From the NCBI GenBank assembly GCA_030141605.1, contig JAQGDQ010000742.1, positions 1 through 61,110 on the forward strand: a stretch of 61,110 bases of DNA, in the 5' to 3' direction. The notes beneath the pieces were generated by a model that did not search any database, was not told the origin of the DNA, and was given only the letters and a program-made list of their open reading frames with translations. A program made the position numbers and the translations under genes. Each line of letters opens with the position of its first letter. The first letter of the stretch is position 1. This DNA comes from Tubiluchus corallicola (lineage: Eukaryota > Animalia > Priapulida). Below are positions 20,646 through 31,039 of this stretch, piece after piece.

Positions 20646-22004
20646 ATGAAACTTGAGGTTACAAGGGAGTTTGTAGAAAAGCTTCAAAGGCTGGTTGTGG
20701 AAGAAAAGTCTGAAGAGGTTAAGAGTACCCTTAGCGAGCTGCACTCTGCAGACATTGCTGAGATTATGGATATTCTGACTATGGAAGAAGCAAAGTACAT
20801 ATATGTTCTGCTTGATGGAGAGAAAGCAGCTGATGTGCTCATATCAATCCCGGATGATAAGCGAGCTCGATTTTTGGAGTGGTTGTCACCTGACACCATT
20901 GCCCGGCATTTTATCAATTTCATGGACTCAGATGATGCTGCTGATGTATTGGGTGAGCTTTCGGGTGAGAAGAAAGAGAAGGTGCTGAAGCTTGTTAAGG
21001 ACATAGAACAGGCGGGGGATATTATAGACCTTTTGAGCTATGGTGAAGATACTGCCGGAGGATTGATGCAAAAAGAGCTTGTCCGTGTAAATGCCAACTG
21101 GACAGTTCACACGTGTCTGAAAGAGATAAGCAGGCAGGCTGAAGATATAGATGAGATTTACTATGTATATGTTGTAGACAATGATGAGATACTAAAGGGT
21201 ATCTTGTCATTAAAACGGCTTATTCTTACTTCTACCCATGAAAAAATATCCAACATATATAAGGGTGATATAATTTCTGTTAAAACAGATGTCGATGCGG
21301 AAGAGGTGGCAAACCTTATGGAAAAATATGATCTAGTAGCTGTACCAGTTGTAGACGGCATTGGCAGGCTAAAGGGACGAATTACAATAGATGATGCCGT
21401 GCATGTTTTGCGGGAGGAAGCAGAGCGTGACTTTCAGATGGCAACAGGTATTTCGGAAGGGGTTGAACTGAGCGATAGTGTATGGCTTCAGTCGCGAGCT
21501 CGCCTGCCATGGCTGTTGGTTGGACTATTTGGCGGAATATTCGGAGCAAGGGTGATAGGTGTTTATGAGTCGGATTTACTGAGATTTCCCTCTATGACAT
21601 TTTTCTTTCCTTTAATAATGGCAATGGGGGGAAATGTTGGGGTGCAGTCATCATCCATTGTTGTTCAAAGTATTGCCAATAATACACTGATAAAGAGAGG
21701 GCTTTGGAGTAAATTGAGTAAAGAGTTTGGAGTGGCTGCCCTGAATGCAATAGTGTGTTCAACCCTTATATTCATTTATAATCTTATGTTTAGTAGTGAT
21801 TTTGATCTCACATTGGTAGTTAGCTCCTCTCTGTTTTCTGTAATTATATTCGCCTCTATATTTGGAACATTTGTCCCATTGGTGCTGGATAGATTAAAAA
21901 TTGATCCTGCTTTAGCTACAGGGCCATTTATAACAACAATGAATGATATTCTTGGGTTGACTATATATCTTGTTATAGGGCGAACAGTTTGCACATTGTT
22001 TTGA
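20646..22004 (+). CDS. mgtE: Magnesium transporter MgtE
   Basis: N-domain plus CBS pair (EDTAGGLM), RARLPWL, MGGNVGVQS, IDPALATGPFITTMND. Confidence 0.96.
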   Translation: MKLEVTREFVEKLQRLVVEEKSEEVKSTLSELHSADIAEIMDILTMEEAKYIYVLLDGEKAADVLISIPDDKRARFLEWLSPDTIARHFINFMDSDDAADVLGELSGEKKEKVLKLVKDIEQAGDIIDLLSYGEDTAGGLMQKELVRVNANWTVHTCLKEISRQAEDIDEIYYVYVVDNDEILKGILSLKRLILTSTHEKISNIYKGDIISVKTDVDAEEVANLMEKYDLVAVPVVDGIGRLKGRITIDDAVHVLREEAERDFQMATGISEGVELSDSVWLQSRARLPWLLVGLFGGIFGARVIGVYESDLLRFPSMTFFFPLIMAMGGNVGVQSSSIVVQSIANNTLIKRGLWSKLSKEFGVAALNAIVCSTLIFIYNLMFSSDFDLTLVVSSSLFSVIIFASIFGTFVPLVLDRLKIDPALATGPFITTMNDILGLTIYLVIGRTVCTLF

Positions 22005-22046
22005 TAACGGTAGTTTTTTACTTCAAAAGTTATCAATAAATAGTTT

Positions 22047-22080
22047 TTTGAAAATATATGGTGTTTTATTACTAACTTTG
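22047..22080 (+). promoter_or_regulatory. Putative promoter of the purH-mre operon
   Basis: TTTG, N22, TAACTTTG, ending 28 bp before the purH start. Confidence 0.5.
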
Positions 22081-22108
22081 CGTTGCGTAAAAATGCATAA
22101 ACTTGTAA

Positions 22109-23635
22109 ATGAGTGATTTAAATAAAATCAAGACGGCGCTTATTTCTGTCTACAATAAGGAAAAGCTTTATTCGGTTGTAAGCAAACTCAATAGCTTTGG
22201 TATTAAAATATATTCCACCGGAGGCACTATGGAGTCTATAAGTGCGTTAGGTATTCAGGTAGAGGCTATAGAGTCCTTGACATCTTATCCCTCAATACTG
22301 GGAGGGAGAGTAAAAACGTTGCACCCAAAAGTTTTTGGGGGTATATTGACTCGTAGAGGAAACAGAACCGATATTGAGCAACTTGCACAATACGATATTC
22401 CTGAGATTGACTTGGTAATTGTAGATTTATATCCGTTTGAAGCAACTGTTGCACATGGTGCAAAAGAGGAAGATATAATTGAAAAGATTGATATTGGAGG
22501 TATATCTCTTATACGTGGAGCTGCAAAAAACTTCAACGATGTATTGGTTGTGTCAAGTAGCGATCAGTACGATTCGCTGCTGAATTTACTTGAGAAAAAT
22601 GATGGAGCCACCTCTTTGGAGGATCGTCGTAAATACGCATTGGAGGCATTTGCTGTTTCCTCTCATTATGATTCAGCTATTTTTAACTATTTTGCAGACA
22701 ATAGTAGCACAGCGAGGTTTCGTCAAAGCTTTAATGACTCTAAGCTTTTGAGGTATGGGGAAAACCCACATCAGAAGGGGGTGTTTTTTGGGCGGTTAGA
22801 TGACATGTTTAAGCAGTTACACGGGAAGGAGATATCTTATAATAACCTTCTTGACATTGATGCCGCAGTGAATCTGATTAATGAGTATGAGGATACCACT
22901 TTTGCAATATTGAAGCATAACAATGCTTGTGGCTGTGCATCACGAGAGGATCTGAAAGATGCGTGGGAGTGTGCTTTGGCTGCCGATCCTGTTTCAGCGT
23001 TTGGAGGTATTCTCGTCACCAATAAAGTGGTGAATAAGGCGACTGCTGAGGAGGTGAGTAAGATATTTTTTGAGGTGATTATTGCTCCTGGGTATGATGA
23101 TAACGCCCTAGAGGTGCTAAAAACAAAAAAGAACAGGATTATACTTCTTCGTAAAGATTTGGAGCTGCCTAAAAAGCAGTATAGGAGTGTATTAAATGGA
23201 GTAATTGTTCAGGATTATGATTCGAAGTCGGAACAGTCGAACGATTTGAAGTCGGTAACAAAAATGACTCCATCACATAGCCAGATCGAAGACTTATTAT
23301 TTGCCAACAGGCTGGTAAAGCAATCAAAGTCTAATACTATTATTTTAGCTAGGAATAAGCAGCTGTTAGCTGGTGGAGTAGGGCAAACGTCAAGAGTTGA
23401 CGCGCTTAAACAGGCAATAGAGAAAGCTAAATATTTTAAATTTGACTTGAAAGGGGCTGTGATGGCATCCGATGCATTTTTCCCTTTTGTAGACTGTGTT
23501 GAGATTGCCGGACGTGAAGGAATAGATTGTGTGATCCAGCCGGGGGGATCAGTGAGAGATAGCGACTCAATTGAGTATTGTGATGCACATAATATTTCAA
23601 TGGTTATGACAGGTTTCAGGCATTTTAAACATTAA
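22109..23635 (+). CDS. purH: Bifunctional AICAR formyltransferase / IMP cyclohydrolase
   Basis: GGRVKTLHP, LRYGENPHQ, ASDAFFPF, IQPGGSVRD, RHFKH. Confidence 0.98.
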   Translation: MSDLNKIKTALISVYNKEKLYSVVSKLNSFGIKIYSTGGTMESISALGIQVEAIESLTSYPSILGGRVKTLHPKVFGGILTRRGNRTDIEQLAQYDIPEIDLVIVDLYPFEATVAHGAKEEDIIEKIDIGGISLIRGAAKNFNDVLVVSSSDQYDSLLNLLEKNDGATSLEDRRKYALEAFAVSSHYDSAIFNYFADNSSTARFRQSFNDSKLLRYGENPHQKGVFFGRLDDMFKQLHGKEISYNNLLDIDAAVNLINEYEDTTFAILKHNNACGCASREDLKDAWECALAADPVSAFGGILVTNKVVNKATAEEVSKIFFEVIIAPGYDDNALEVLKTKKNRIILLRKDLELPKKQYRSVLNGVIVQDYDSKSEQSNDLKSVTKMTPSHSQIEDLLFANRLVKQSKSNTIILARNKQLLAGGVGQTSRVDALKQAIEKAKYFKFDLKGAVMASDAFFPFVDCVEIAGREGIDCVIQPGGSVRDSDSIEYCDAHNISMVMTGFRHFKH

Positions 23636-23679
23636 AAAAAACACGGATTAAAATTGATAATTTTTAACGATAAGTAAGC

Positions 23680-24702
23680 ATGGGCCTTTTTTCATTTCTT
23701 TCTCAGGAAATAGCGATAGATCTTGGGACTGCTAATACTATTATAATACATAACGGTAAGATTGTTGTTGATGAACCATCGATAGTAACAATTGATACAA
23801 AGACGGATAAGTTGATTGCTATAGGTGAAAGGGCTAGGCAAATGCATGGTAAGACGCATGCCAACCTGAAAACTATACGGCCTCTTCAGGATGGGGTAAT
23901 TGCTGATTTTAATGCAGCGGAGCAGATGATACGAGGAATGATAAAAATGATTCATCCCAATAACCGGTTGTTTTCCCCTGCGCTAAAGATGGTGGTGTGT
24001 ATACCATCTGGCTCGACAGAGGTTGAGCTTAGGGCTGTTCGTGACTCGTCCGAGCATGCTGGTGGGCGTGAGGTATACATGATATATGAACCAATGGCTG
24101 CTGCTATTGGTATAGGACTTGATGTAGAGGCCCCGGAAGGAAATATGGTTGTGGATATAGGTGGAGGGACAACAGAGATCGCTATTATTTCTTTGGGAGG
24201 AATTGTAACAAACAAGTCTATAAGAATTGCGGGGGATGACCTAACGGCTGATATAATAGAGCACATGAGGCATATTCATAATATCAGGATTGGTGAACGA
24301 ACTGCCGAAAAGGTGAAAATTAGTGTGGGAGCAGCTTTCCCTGAGTTGGATGACCCTCCTGAAGATTATATTATACAAGGCCCAAACCAGGTAACAGCGT
24401 TGCCTGTTGAGGTTGTTATTTCGTATAAGGAGGTTGCTCACTGCATAGAGAAGTCGATCTCTAAAATTGAGGCGGCTATACTTAGTGCGCTTGAGCAGAC
24501 TCCTCCCGAACTGTATGCGGATATTGTGAACCGGGGTATATGGCTTGCTGGGGGAGGAGCATTGTTGCGAGGACTGGACAAAAGGCTTACAAAAAGAATA
24601 AATATTCCTTTTCATATCGCAGAGGATCCATTGAGAACAGTAGCGCGTGGAACAGGGATAGCCTTGAAGAATGTAGATAAATTCTCTTTTCTTCTGCGCT
24701 AG
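23680..24702 (+). CDS. mreB: Rod shape-determining protein MreB
   Basis: IAIDLGTANT, EPMAAAIG, VDIGGGTTE, GGGALLRG. Confidence 0.98.
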   Translation: MGLFSFLSQEIAIDLGTANTIIIHNGKIVVDEPSIVTIDTKTDKLIAIGERARQMHGKTHANLKTIRPLQDGVIADFNAAEQMIRGMIKMIHPNNRLFSPALKMVVCIPSGSTEVELRAVRDSSEHAGGREVYMIYEPMAAAIGIGLDVEAPEGNMVVDIGGGTTEIAIISLGGIVTNKSIRIAGDDLTADIIEHMRHIHNIRIGERTAEKVKISVGAAFPELDDPPEDYIIQGPNQVTALPVEVVISYKEVAHCIEKSISKIEAAILSALEQTPPELYADIVNRGIWLAGGGALLRGLDKRLTKRINIPFHIAEDPLRTVARGTGIALKNVDKFSFLLR

Positions 24703-24739
24703 GTGGAAATAATAAACCTACTTTTTATATACGTTTTGT

Positions 24740-25588
24740 ATGAAAGGGTTACTTCGTTTTTTTATAAGGCATCACTTTGCAATACTGTTTGTACTGCTTC
24801 AGATATTGTCTTTTGTGATTATTGACAAGTACGGTAGTTTTCAAAAAGCAAAAATTCTCAGCTCCCACAACATTGTTTCCGGTACTATACTCACGAGTTT
24901 GGATCATGTTAAAGAGTATTTTTTGTTAAAGAAAGCTAATCACGAACTGAAGAAGATTAACAGAAATTTGATAAGAGAAAACGCAATGTTGCTTTCGACT
25001 CAAAGCAAGAATTTACTTTCTTATGAGGAAAACAAAGAGCTCCAAAGCTATAGGTTTTATAATAATAAAAAAACTCCTGTAATACCAGGTAAGGTGATTA
25101 ATAACTCGATAAATTCAAGGCATAACTACCTGACAATTAATAGGGGAAGTAGGCATGGAGTAACCCGTGATATGGGTGTGATTTCGAGAAATGGAGTCGT
25201 AGGAATAATACTGGATGTGTCAAAAAACTATAGTGTGGCTATTTCTATATTAAATGAGAAGCTGAGTGTGAGTGCAAAAATAAAGAAGGAAGACTATTTT
25301 GGCTCGTTGTCATGGAATGGTAGAAAATATTACCAGGTATCACTTAACGAAATTCCTTTTCATGTGGATCTGTCAAAGGGAGATACTGTTGTAACAAGTG
25401 GATTCTCATCAATATTTCCAGATGGGATTACAATAGGCACTATTTCAGAGTTTTTGCCACCCAAAGGGGATAATTTTTATAGTATCACTGTAGACTTATC
25501 GGTCGACTTTAAGAATTTGATGTACGTAGATATTCTTGCGAATACAGATAGAGAAGAAATACTTAACTTGGAGTCTCAGGTACAATGA
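24740..25588 (+). CDS. mreC: Rod shape-determining protein MreC
   Basis: TM plus coiled coil plus beta domain (DMGVI..GVVG, GDTVVTSG..IFPDGITIG); operon position. Confidence 0.93.
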   Translation: MKGLLRFFIRHHFAILFVLLQILSFVIIDKYGSFQKAKILSSHNIVSGTILTSLDHVKEYFLLKKANHELKKINRNLIRENAMLLSTQSKNLLSYEENKELQSYRFYNNKKTPVIPGKVINNSINSRHNYLTINRGSRHGVTRDMGVISRNGVVGIILDVSKNYSVAISILNEKLSVSAKIKKEDYFGSLSWNGRKYYQVSLNEIPFHVDLSKGDTVVTSGFSSIFPDGITIGTISEFLPPKGDNFYSITVDLSVDFKNLMYVDILANTDREEILNLESQVQ

Positions 25589-26118
25589 TTAATAGTTTAG
25601 TCAAATATGTCCTTATTTTTATTATAGCTGTATCATTACAGTTAGTTTTAGGCAAAGTCCCTTTATTGTGGGGCATGTGTACGCCATTTATATATACACT
25701 GTTTGTTTTAATACTACCCTGGGGAATCCCCGGATATTTACTACTCATTCTTGGATTTTTTCTGGGGTTAACAGTTGATGTTTTTTATGATAGTCCCGGA
25801 GTACATGCTTCTGCCACTTTGTTTGCATGTTTTATTCGCCCATGGGTGCTAAACAAAATTTTACCTAGGCAGGATAGATATAGAACACAGGATAGTTATA
25901 AGATTTTGTACCAAAGTAAGTACATAACCAATTTGAGGTTTGTAAAGTATATTGTAGCTATTGTTTTGGCGCACCACATATTTCTCTTTTATGTTGAGCC
26001 TTTCTCGCTATCAGGTTTTTTTTATAAGCTTTTTAAAGCGTGCATTAGCTCTTTGGGGGCTATCATTTTAATATTTCTGATTAAGATTATATTTTTTACA
26101 AAGCAAAATAGAGTTTAA
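25585..26118 (+). CDS. mreD: Rod shape-determining protein MreD
   Basis: Hydrophobic 177 aa protein with GLTVDVFYDSPGVHA; 4-bp overlap with mreC. Confidence 0.88.
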   Translation: MINSLVKYVLIFIIAVSLQLVLGKVPLLWGMCTPFIYTLFVLILPWGIPGYLLLILGFFLGLTVDVFYDSPGVHASATLFACFIRPWVLNKILPRQDRYRTQDSYKILYQSKYITNLRFVKYIVAIVLAHHIFLFYVEPFSLSGFFYKLFKACISSLGAIILIFLIKIIFFTKQNRV

Positions 26119-26129
26119 ACTCCATTATA

Positions 26130-27962
26130 GTGGGGATATTTACATTTGACAAAAGGAAATATATTATTACTACAGTTTTTATTACTGTTGCTATTATTAT
26201 AATAATACGACTGTTTACACTGCAAGTGATTGACCAGTCTTATAAGTTATCGGCAGACCGCAACGCTGTAAAGCGTATTGTTAAGTATCCTGTAAGAGGG
26301 TTAATTTATGATCGTAACAATGAATTACTTGTCTTTAATAAGGCTTCTTATGATATACTTATAACACCCCAGGAGGTTGAGCCATTTGATACTGTCACTT
26401 TCTGTGAGATTGTAGGAGTTCCAAAGGGGTTGTTATTGAAACAAATAAAAAGAGCAAAAAAGTACTCTTATTATCAGCCGTCGGTTATTATCAAACAACT
26501 TTCATCGGAAAGGTATGCTGTTTTGCAGGAGCAGCTTTTTAAATTCCCGGGTTTTGATGTTCAGCCCAGGACTTTACGCGAATATCCTCATAATATAGCA
26601 GCACATGTGCTGGGCTATGTAGGGGAGGTTGGTCAGCAAAGAATAAAAGAGGATTCTTATTACACGGAGGGGGACGACACCGGTATTACAGGGATAGAGA
26701 GGGCTTATGAGAATGTCCTAAGGGGAACGAAAGGTGTGGCTTATTTTACAGTTGACGTGCATAACCGTATTAGGGGGGCCTACCATGACGGTGCTTATGA
26801 CACGACTGCTATTACCGGCAAAAATATTATATCGTCAATTGATATAGAACTTCAGAGATACGGTGAACGGTTGATGAATGGTAAGGTGGGTGGTGTTGTT
26901 GCAATTGAGCCTGCTACTGGTGAAATTTTATCGATGATTACTTCCCCCAATTTTAATCCAGAGCTACTAGTGGGTAGAGAGAGGGGGGAAAACTACGCTA
27001 CACTATTGGGTAATAGCTTAAAGCCTCTTTTTAACAGAGCTATAACAGCATCATATCCTCCTGGCTCTACATTTAAACCTCTTAATGCGCTAATTGGACT
27101 TCAGGAAAATGCAATAACTCCAGATACCCACTTTAGGTGCAGTGGATACGGATCACACCCCATAACTTGCACACACAATCATGTTTCTCCTTTGTCTCTT
27201 GTGCAGGCGGTTAAAGAATCATGTAACCCCTATTTCTGGAATACATTTAAAAGCATTTTAGATAGTCACCAAAATGCATCGAAGGGGCTGGAAGTGTGGA
27301 GAAGTCACCTACAAAGTTTTGGCCTAGGCTCTAAACTTGGTACTGAACTATTTAATGAAGTATCGGGCCTAGTACCAGGAGTAAAATTTTACAATAAGTT
27401 GTATAGAGGGAGATGGAGTGCTTTGACTGTACGTTCATTGTCAATAGGGCAGGGTGAGCTGCTGTTAAGTCCGCTACAGATGGCAAATGCAGCAGCAGCT
27501 ATTGCTAATCGTGGATACTATATTGAGCCTCATTTGGTAAAGTCAGTACAGTCTCTTGATAATAGCTCTGTAGATTCTCTCAAGTTTGAAAAACATGTAA
27601 CTACGATTGATAAAAAGCATTTTGAGGCTGTAATAGAGGGGATGGAGAGAACGGTTTCTGAAACAGCAATTAGGTATACGACACATGTGAAAGACCTTTC
27701 TATTTGTGGGAAAACCGGAACAGTGCAGAATCCGCATGGTACTGCACACGGAGTGTTCATTGCTTTTGCTCCAAAAGTTAATCCCAAGATAGCTATATGT
27801 GTATATGTGGAAAAGGGGGTATGGGGAGCTAGATATGCAGCTCCAATTGCAGGGCTGATGATTGAAAAATACTTGGAAGGAGATATTACATCCAACAGAA
27901 AGCACATAGAAAAAAGAATGCTGGATACCAATCTAATACTAAATCCGGATACCAACCCTTAA
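26130..27962 (+). CDS. mrdA: Penicillin-binding protein 2
   Basis: RGLIYDRN; SxxK (PGSTFK), SxN (ESCN) and KTG (GKTGT) motifs. Confidence 0.96.
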   Translation: MGIFTFDKRKYIITTVFITVAIIIIIRLFTLQVIDQSYKLSADRNAVKRIVKYPVRGLIYDRNNELLVFNKASYDILITPQEVEPFDTVTFCEIVGVPKGLLLKQIKRAKKYSYYQPSVIIKQLSSERYAVLQEQLFKFPGFDVQPRTLREYPHNIAAHVLGYVGEVGQQRIKEDSYYTEGDDTGITGIERAYENVLRGTKGVAYFTVDVHNRIRGAYHDGAYDTTAITGKNIISSIDIELQRYGERLMNGKVGGVVAIEPATGEILSMITSPNFNPELLVGRERGENYATLLGNSLKPLFNRAITASYPPGSTFKPLNALIGLQENAITPDTHFRCSGYGSHPITCTHNHVSPLSLVQAVKESCNPYFWNTFKSILDSHQNASKGLEVWRSHLQSFGLGSKLGTELFNEVSGLVPGVKFYNKLYRGRWSALTVRSLSIGQGELLLSPLQMANAAAAIANRGYYIEPHLVKSVQSLDNSSVDSLKFEKHVTTIDKKHFEAVIEGMERTVSETAIRYTTHVKDLSICGKTGTVQNPHGTAHGVFIAFAPKVNPKIAICVYVEKGVWGARYAAPIAGLMIEKYLEGDITSNRKHIEKRMLDTNLILNPDTNP

Positions 27963-27966
27963 GTTT

Positions 27967-29400
27967 ATGGTTAGAAGAGGTAGCATATGGATTAATATTG
28001 ACTGGATAACTATTTTGTTATACCTTGTTTTAGTCTTTCTTGGCTGGGTGAATATTTACGCTTCTGCGTCAGGAAGCGACCAGCATGGCATATTAAATAT
28101 ATCCTCTAGGTATGGTAAGCAGTTAATTTGGATTGCCTTAGGGATTGCTATAGCGATTATAACCCTTATGGTGGACAGTAGGTTTTATGTGATATTTGCA
28201 TACGGCTTTTACGGGTTCTTTATCGCTTTGCTTATAGCTGTCTCTCTTTGGGGAGTAGAAGTAAATAATTCGAAGGCGTGGTTCAAAATAGGCGGTTTTG
28301 CCTTTCAGCCTTCAGAGATGAGTAAGGTTGCTGTAAATCTGGTTATAGCCAAGTATATTGGGCAATACAATTTTAAAATGCATAAACCCAAATCACTGCT
28401 TGCTTTGCTCTCTTTTATGATGATACCTATGGTTGTGTTGGTAGTAGGGCAGAATGATACGGGCTCCGCACTTGTGTATGCTTCGTTTTTTATTGTACTT
28501 TATCGTGAAGGGTTTTCGGAAATATTTATGTTCTGGGGAGTCGTGATCATAGCTCTTTTTATTTTGGCTATACTATGGAGTGAGCAGCAGCTATTAATAT
28601 TTTTGTTGGCTATTTCTTTGCTGATTTATGGTATTGTCAGCCGCCATGGAGTAAAAAGAGTTTTAAAAGTGACGGCAATAGTGGTAATAAGTCTAGCTGT
28701 GCCACTAGTAATAAATGAGTTATATGATCTGGGGTGGTCTGCTTACACTGTGTCTATATATATTGTTGTTGTTTTGACTATAGTTTTTGTTGTATATGCT
28801 ATCAAACAAAAAAGCAAACCAACTTGGTGGATAGTCTTGTTTTTCTATAGTTCACTTGGAATTGCTACATCAGTTGATTACGTATATGATAATGTGTTGA
28901 TCGCTCATCAGAGGAACAGAATTGATGAACTGCTGGGGATTAGTTCAGACCCTCTGGGAACAGGATATAATGTTAACCAGTCGAAGATAGCTATCGGATC
29001 GGGTGGAGTTATGGGGAAAGGCTTTTTGCAGGGAACTCAGACGAAATATAATTTTATTCCTGAGCAGAGCACTGACTTCATATTTTGTACAGTAGGCGAG
29101 GAGTGGGGCTTTATTGGGGCTTTTATAGTAATCGCACTATTCATGACTCTACTCTTGCGGTTATTATTTTTAGCAGAGAGGCAACGCTCCCCATTTGGCA
29201 GGGCGTATGGGTACGGGGTAGCATCAATTCTGTTTTTCCATTTTGCTATCAATATAGGTATGACCGTTGGGCTTGCCCCGGTTATAGGGATACCTCTGCC
29301 GTTTTTTAGCTATGGAGGATCTTCATTATGGGGCTTCACAATACTAATATTTATACTTCTACGCCTTGATGTTAGTCGTATGGATATTATATTACGGTAG
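27967..29400 (+). CDS. rodA: SEDS peptidoglycan glycosyltransferase RodA
   Basis: FQPSE, QNDTGSALV, SKIAIGSGG, PEQSTDFIF, GIPLPFFSYGGSS. Confidence 0.96.
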   Translation: MVRRGSIWINIDWITILLYLVLVFLGWVNIYASASGSDQHGILNISSRYGKQLIWIALGIAIAIITLMVDSRFYVIFAYGFYGFFIALLIAVSLWGVEVNNSKAWFKIGGFAFQPSEMSKVAVNLVIAKYIGQYNFKMHKPKSLLALLSFMMIPMVVLVVGQNDTGSALVYASFFIVLYREGFSEIFMFWGVVIIALFILAILWSEQQLLIFLLAISLLIYGIVSRHGVKRVLKVTAIVVISLAVPLVINELYDLGWSAYTVSIYIVVVLTIVFVVYAIKQKSKPTWWIVLFFYSSLGIATSVDYVYDNVLIAHQRNRIDELLGISSDPLGTGYNVNQSKIAIGSGGVMGKGFLQGTQTKYNFIPEQSTDFIFCTVGEEWGFIGAFIVIALFMTLLLRLLFLAERQRSPFGRAYGYGVASILFFHFAINIGMTVGLAPVIGIPLPFFSYGGSSLWGFTILIFILLRLDVSRMDIILR

Positions 29401-29419
29401 GCTTTGGTAGGCTGGTGTT

Positions 29420-29450
29420 TTTGTAAGGCTGGTTGATTTTCTTACCTTTG
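29420..29450 (+). promoter_or_regulatory. Putative promoter of the KamA-like gene
   Basis: TTTG (29420-29423), N19, TACCTTTG (29443-29450). Confidence 0.6.
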
Positions 29451-29539
29451 CCATTATAATAAGATGTTAAGGCGTGCAGCAAATAGTACACTGATATACC
29501 CAAAGGCTGCTTAACACTGTAGAGAAAAACTTATAGCTT

Positions 29540-30838
29540 ATGGCAAAATATAGCTCATTTACACTATCTAACTTTCGCTCCATACCGCAGATAGATTATT
29601 TAACGGAGGAGCAGAAATTTGTTGTAGAGGTTGTTGGCTCCGTGTTGCCTTTCAAAGTTAGTAGTTACATAATTGATGAGCTGATTGATTGGCATAATTT
29701 TGAAAAAGATCCTTTTTTCATTCTCACTTTTCCGCAAAAAGAGATGCTTTCTGCTACTGACTTTGATCGTATTGCTACCCTTATTAAGTCGGGAGCAAAG
29801 AAAACTGAGATAGAGCAGGCAGTTACAGAGATAAGATTAAACCTAAACCCTATTCCTGATGGCCAGGAGTGTAATGTGCCGAAGAGAGAAGGGCAGAGTC
29901 TAAACGGTATTCAGCATAAATACAGAGAAACGGTACTCTTTTTCCCCTCACAGGGGCAAACATGCCACGCATATTGTACATTTTGTTTTCGATGGGGGCA
30001 ACTTGCAACAAGTGAATACAGATTTGCCATAAAAGAGACTGATGTAATGGTGCAGTACTTGAAAAAGCACCCGGAGGCTACTGACGTATTATTCACAGGA
30101 GGAGATCCTGCCGTGATGAAAACACGGATATTGAGAAATTATATAGAGGCGATTCTCGACGCAGAACTACCCCATATAAAAACCATACGAATAGGGACAA
30201 AAGCCTTGACCTACTGGCCGTATCGCTTCACAGATGACGATGATGCGCACGAACTGATGGATCTGTTTAAAAAAATAGTAGATAGAGGTATTAACTTGTC
30301 TGTGATGGCACACTTAAACCATCCTGGAGCGCTAAAAACAGCAGCTGTCCGCAATGCAATTTCAGCAATATTGTCGACAGGAGCACAGATTCGTTCTCAA
30401 TCTCCGGTATTAAGAAATATAAATGATAATCCGGATTTATGGGTTGAAATGTGGAGGAAGCAGGTAGATCTAGGGATAATACCGTATTATATGTTTGTTG
30501 CCAGAGACACAGGGGCACAGAACTATTTTGCCATTTCACTTGAGAATGCATGGAAGATATTCCGTGAAGCGTATAAAAATGTGAGTGGTATATGTCGAAC
30601 TGTAAGAGGTCCAAGCATGTCATGTTTCCCGGGGAAAATTCAGGTTGTTGGCATATCTGAAGTGAGGGGCGAGAAAGTGTTTGTTCTCAACATGATCCAG
30701 GGAAGGAATTCTGATTGGGTAAATAAGCCGTTTTTTGCAAAATATAATCCTGATGCAGTGTGGATTGATGATTTAACACCTGCTTTTGGCAAGGATAGCT
30801 TTTTCTATGAAAAGGAGCTAATGAAGATGCCCGGCTAA
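29540..30838 (+). CDS. KamA-family radical SAM aminomutase-like protein
   Basis: QHKYRETVL, CxxxCxxC (CHAYCTFCFR), DVLFTGGDP, IRIGTK, PYYMF. Confidence 0.88.
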   Translation: MAKYSSFTLSNFRSIPQIDYLTEEQKFVVEVVGSVLPFKVSSYIIDELIDWHNFEKDPFFILTFPQKEMLSATDFDRIATLIKSGAKKTEIEQAVTEIRLNLNPIPDGQECNVPKREGQSLNGIQHKYRETVLFFPSQGQTCHAYCTFCFRWGQLATSEYRFAIKETDVMVQYLKKHPEATDVLFTGGDPAVMKTRILRNYIEAILDAELPHIKTIRIGTKALTYWPYRFTDDDDAHELMDLFKKIVDRGINLSVMAHLNHPGALKTAAVRNAISAILSTGAQIRSQSPVLRNINDNPDLWVEMWRKQVDLGIIPYYMFVARDTGAQNYFAISLENAWKIFREAYKNVSGICRTVRGPSMSCFPGKIQVVGISEVRGEKVFVLNMIQGRNSDWVNKPFFAKYNPDAVWIDDLTPAFGKDSFFYEKELMKMPG

Positions 30839-31039
30839 GCTGCCAAATTCAACGCGAGTTTTATAGTATTTTTTGTTAAAATAGACAATCACCTTCTGGT
30901 ATTGACCTATATGAGCAGTGCTATAGTACTCCTTCTTAATATCCGGATAGTAGATTAATGCACACTTAGTAGTGAGGATGGTTAGGGGGTAAATTGTGCA
31001 GAAAAGATAGAGGGTTGCTAAGCCAAACTTATTATAATT

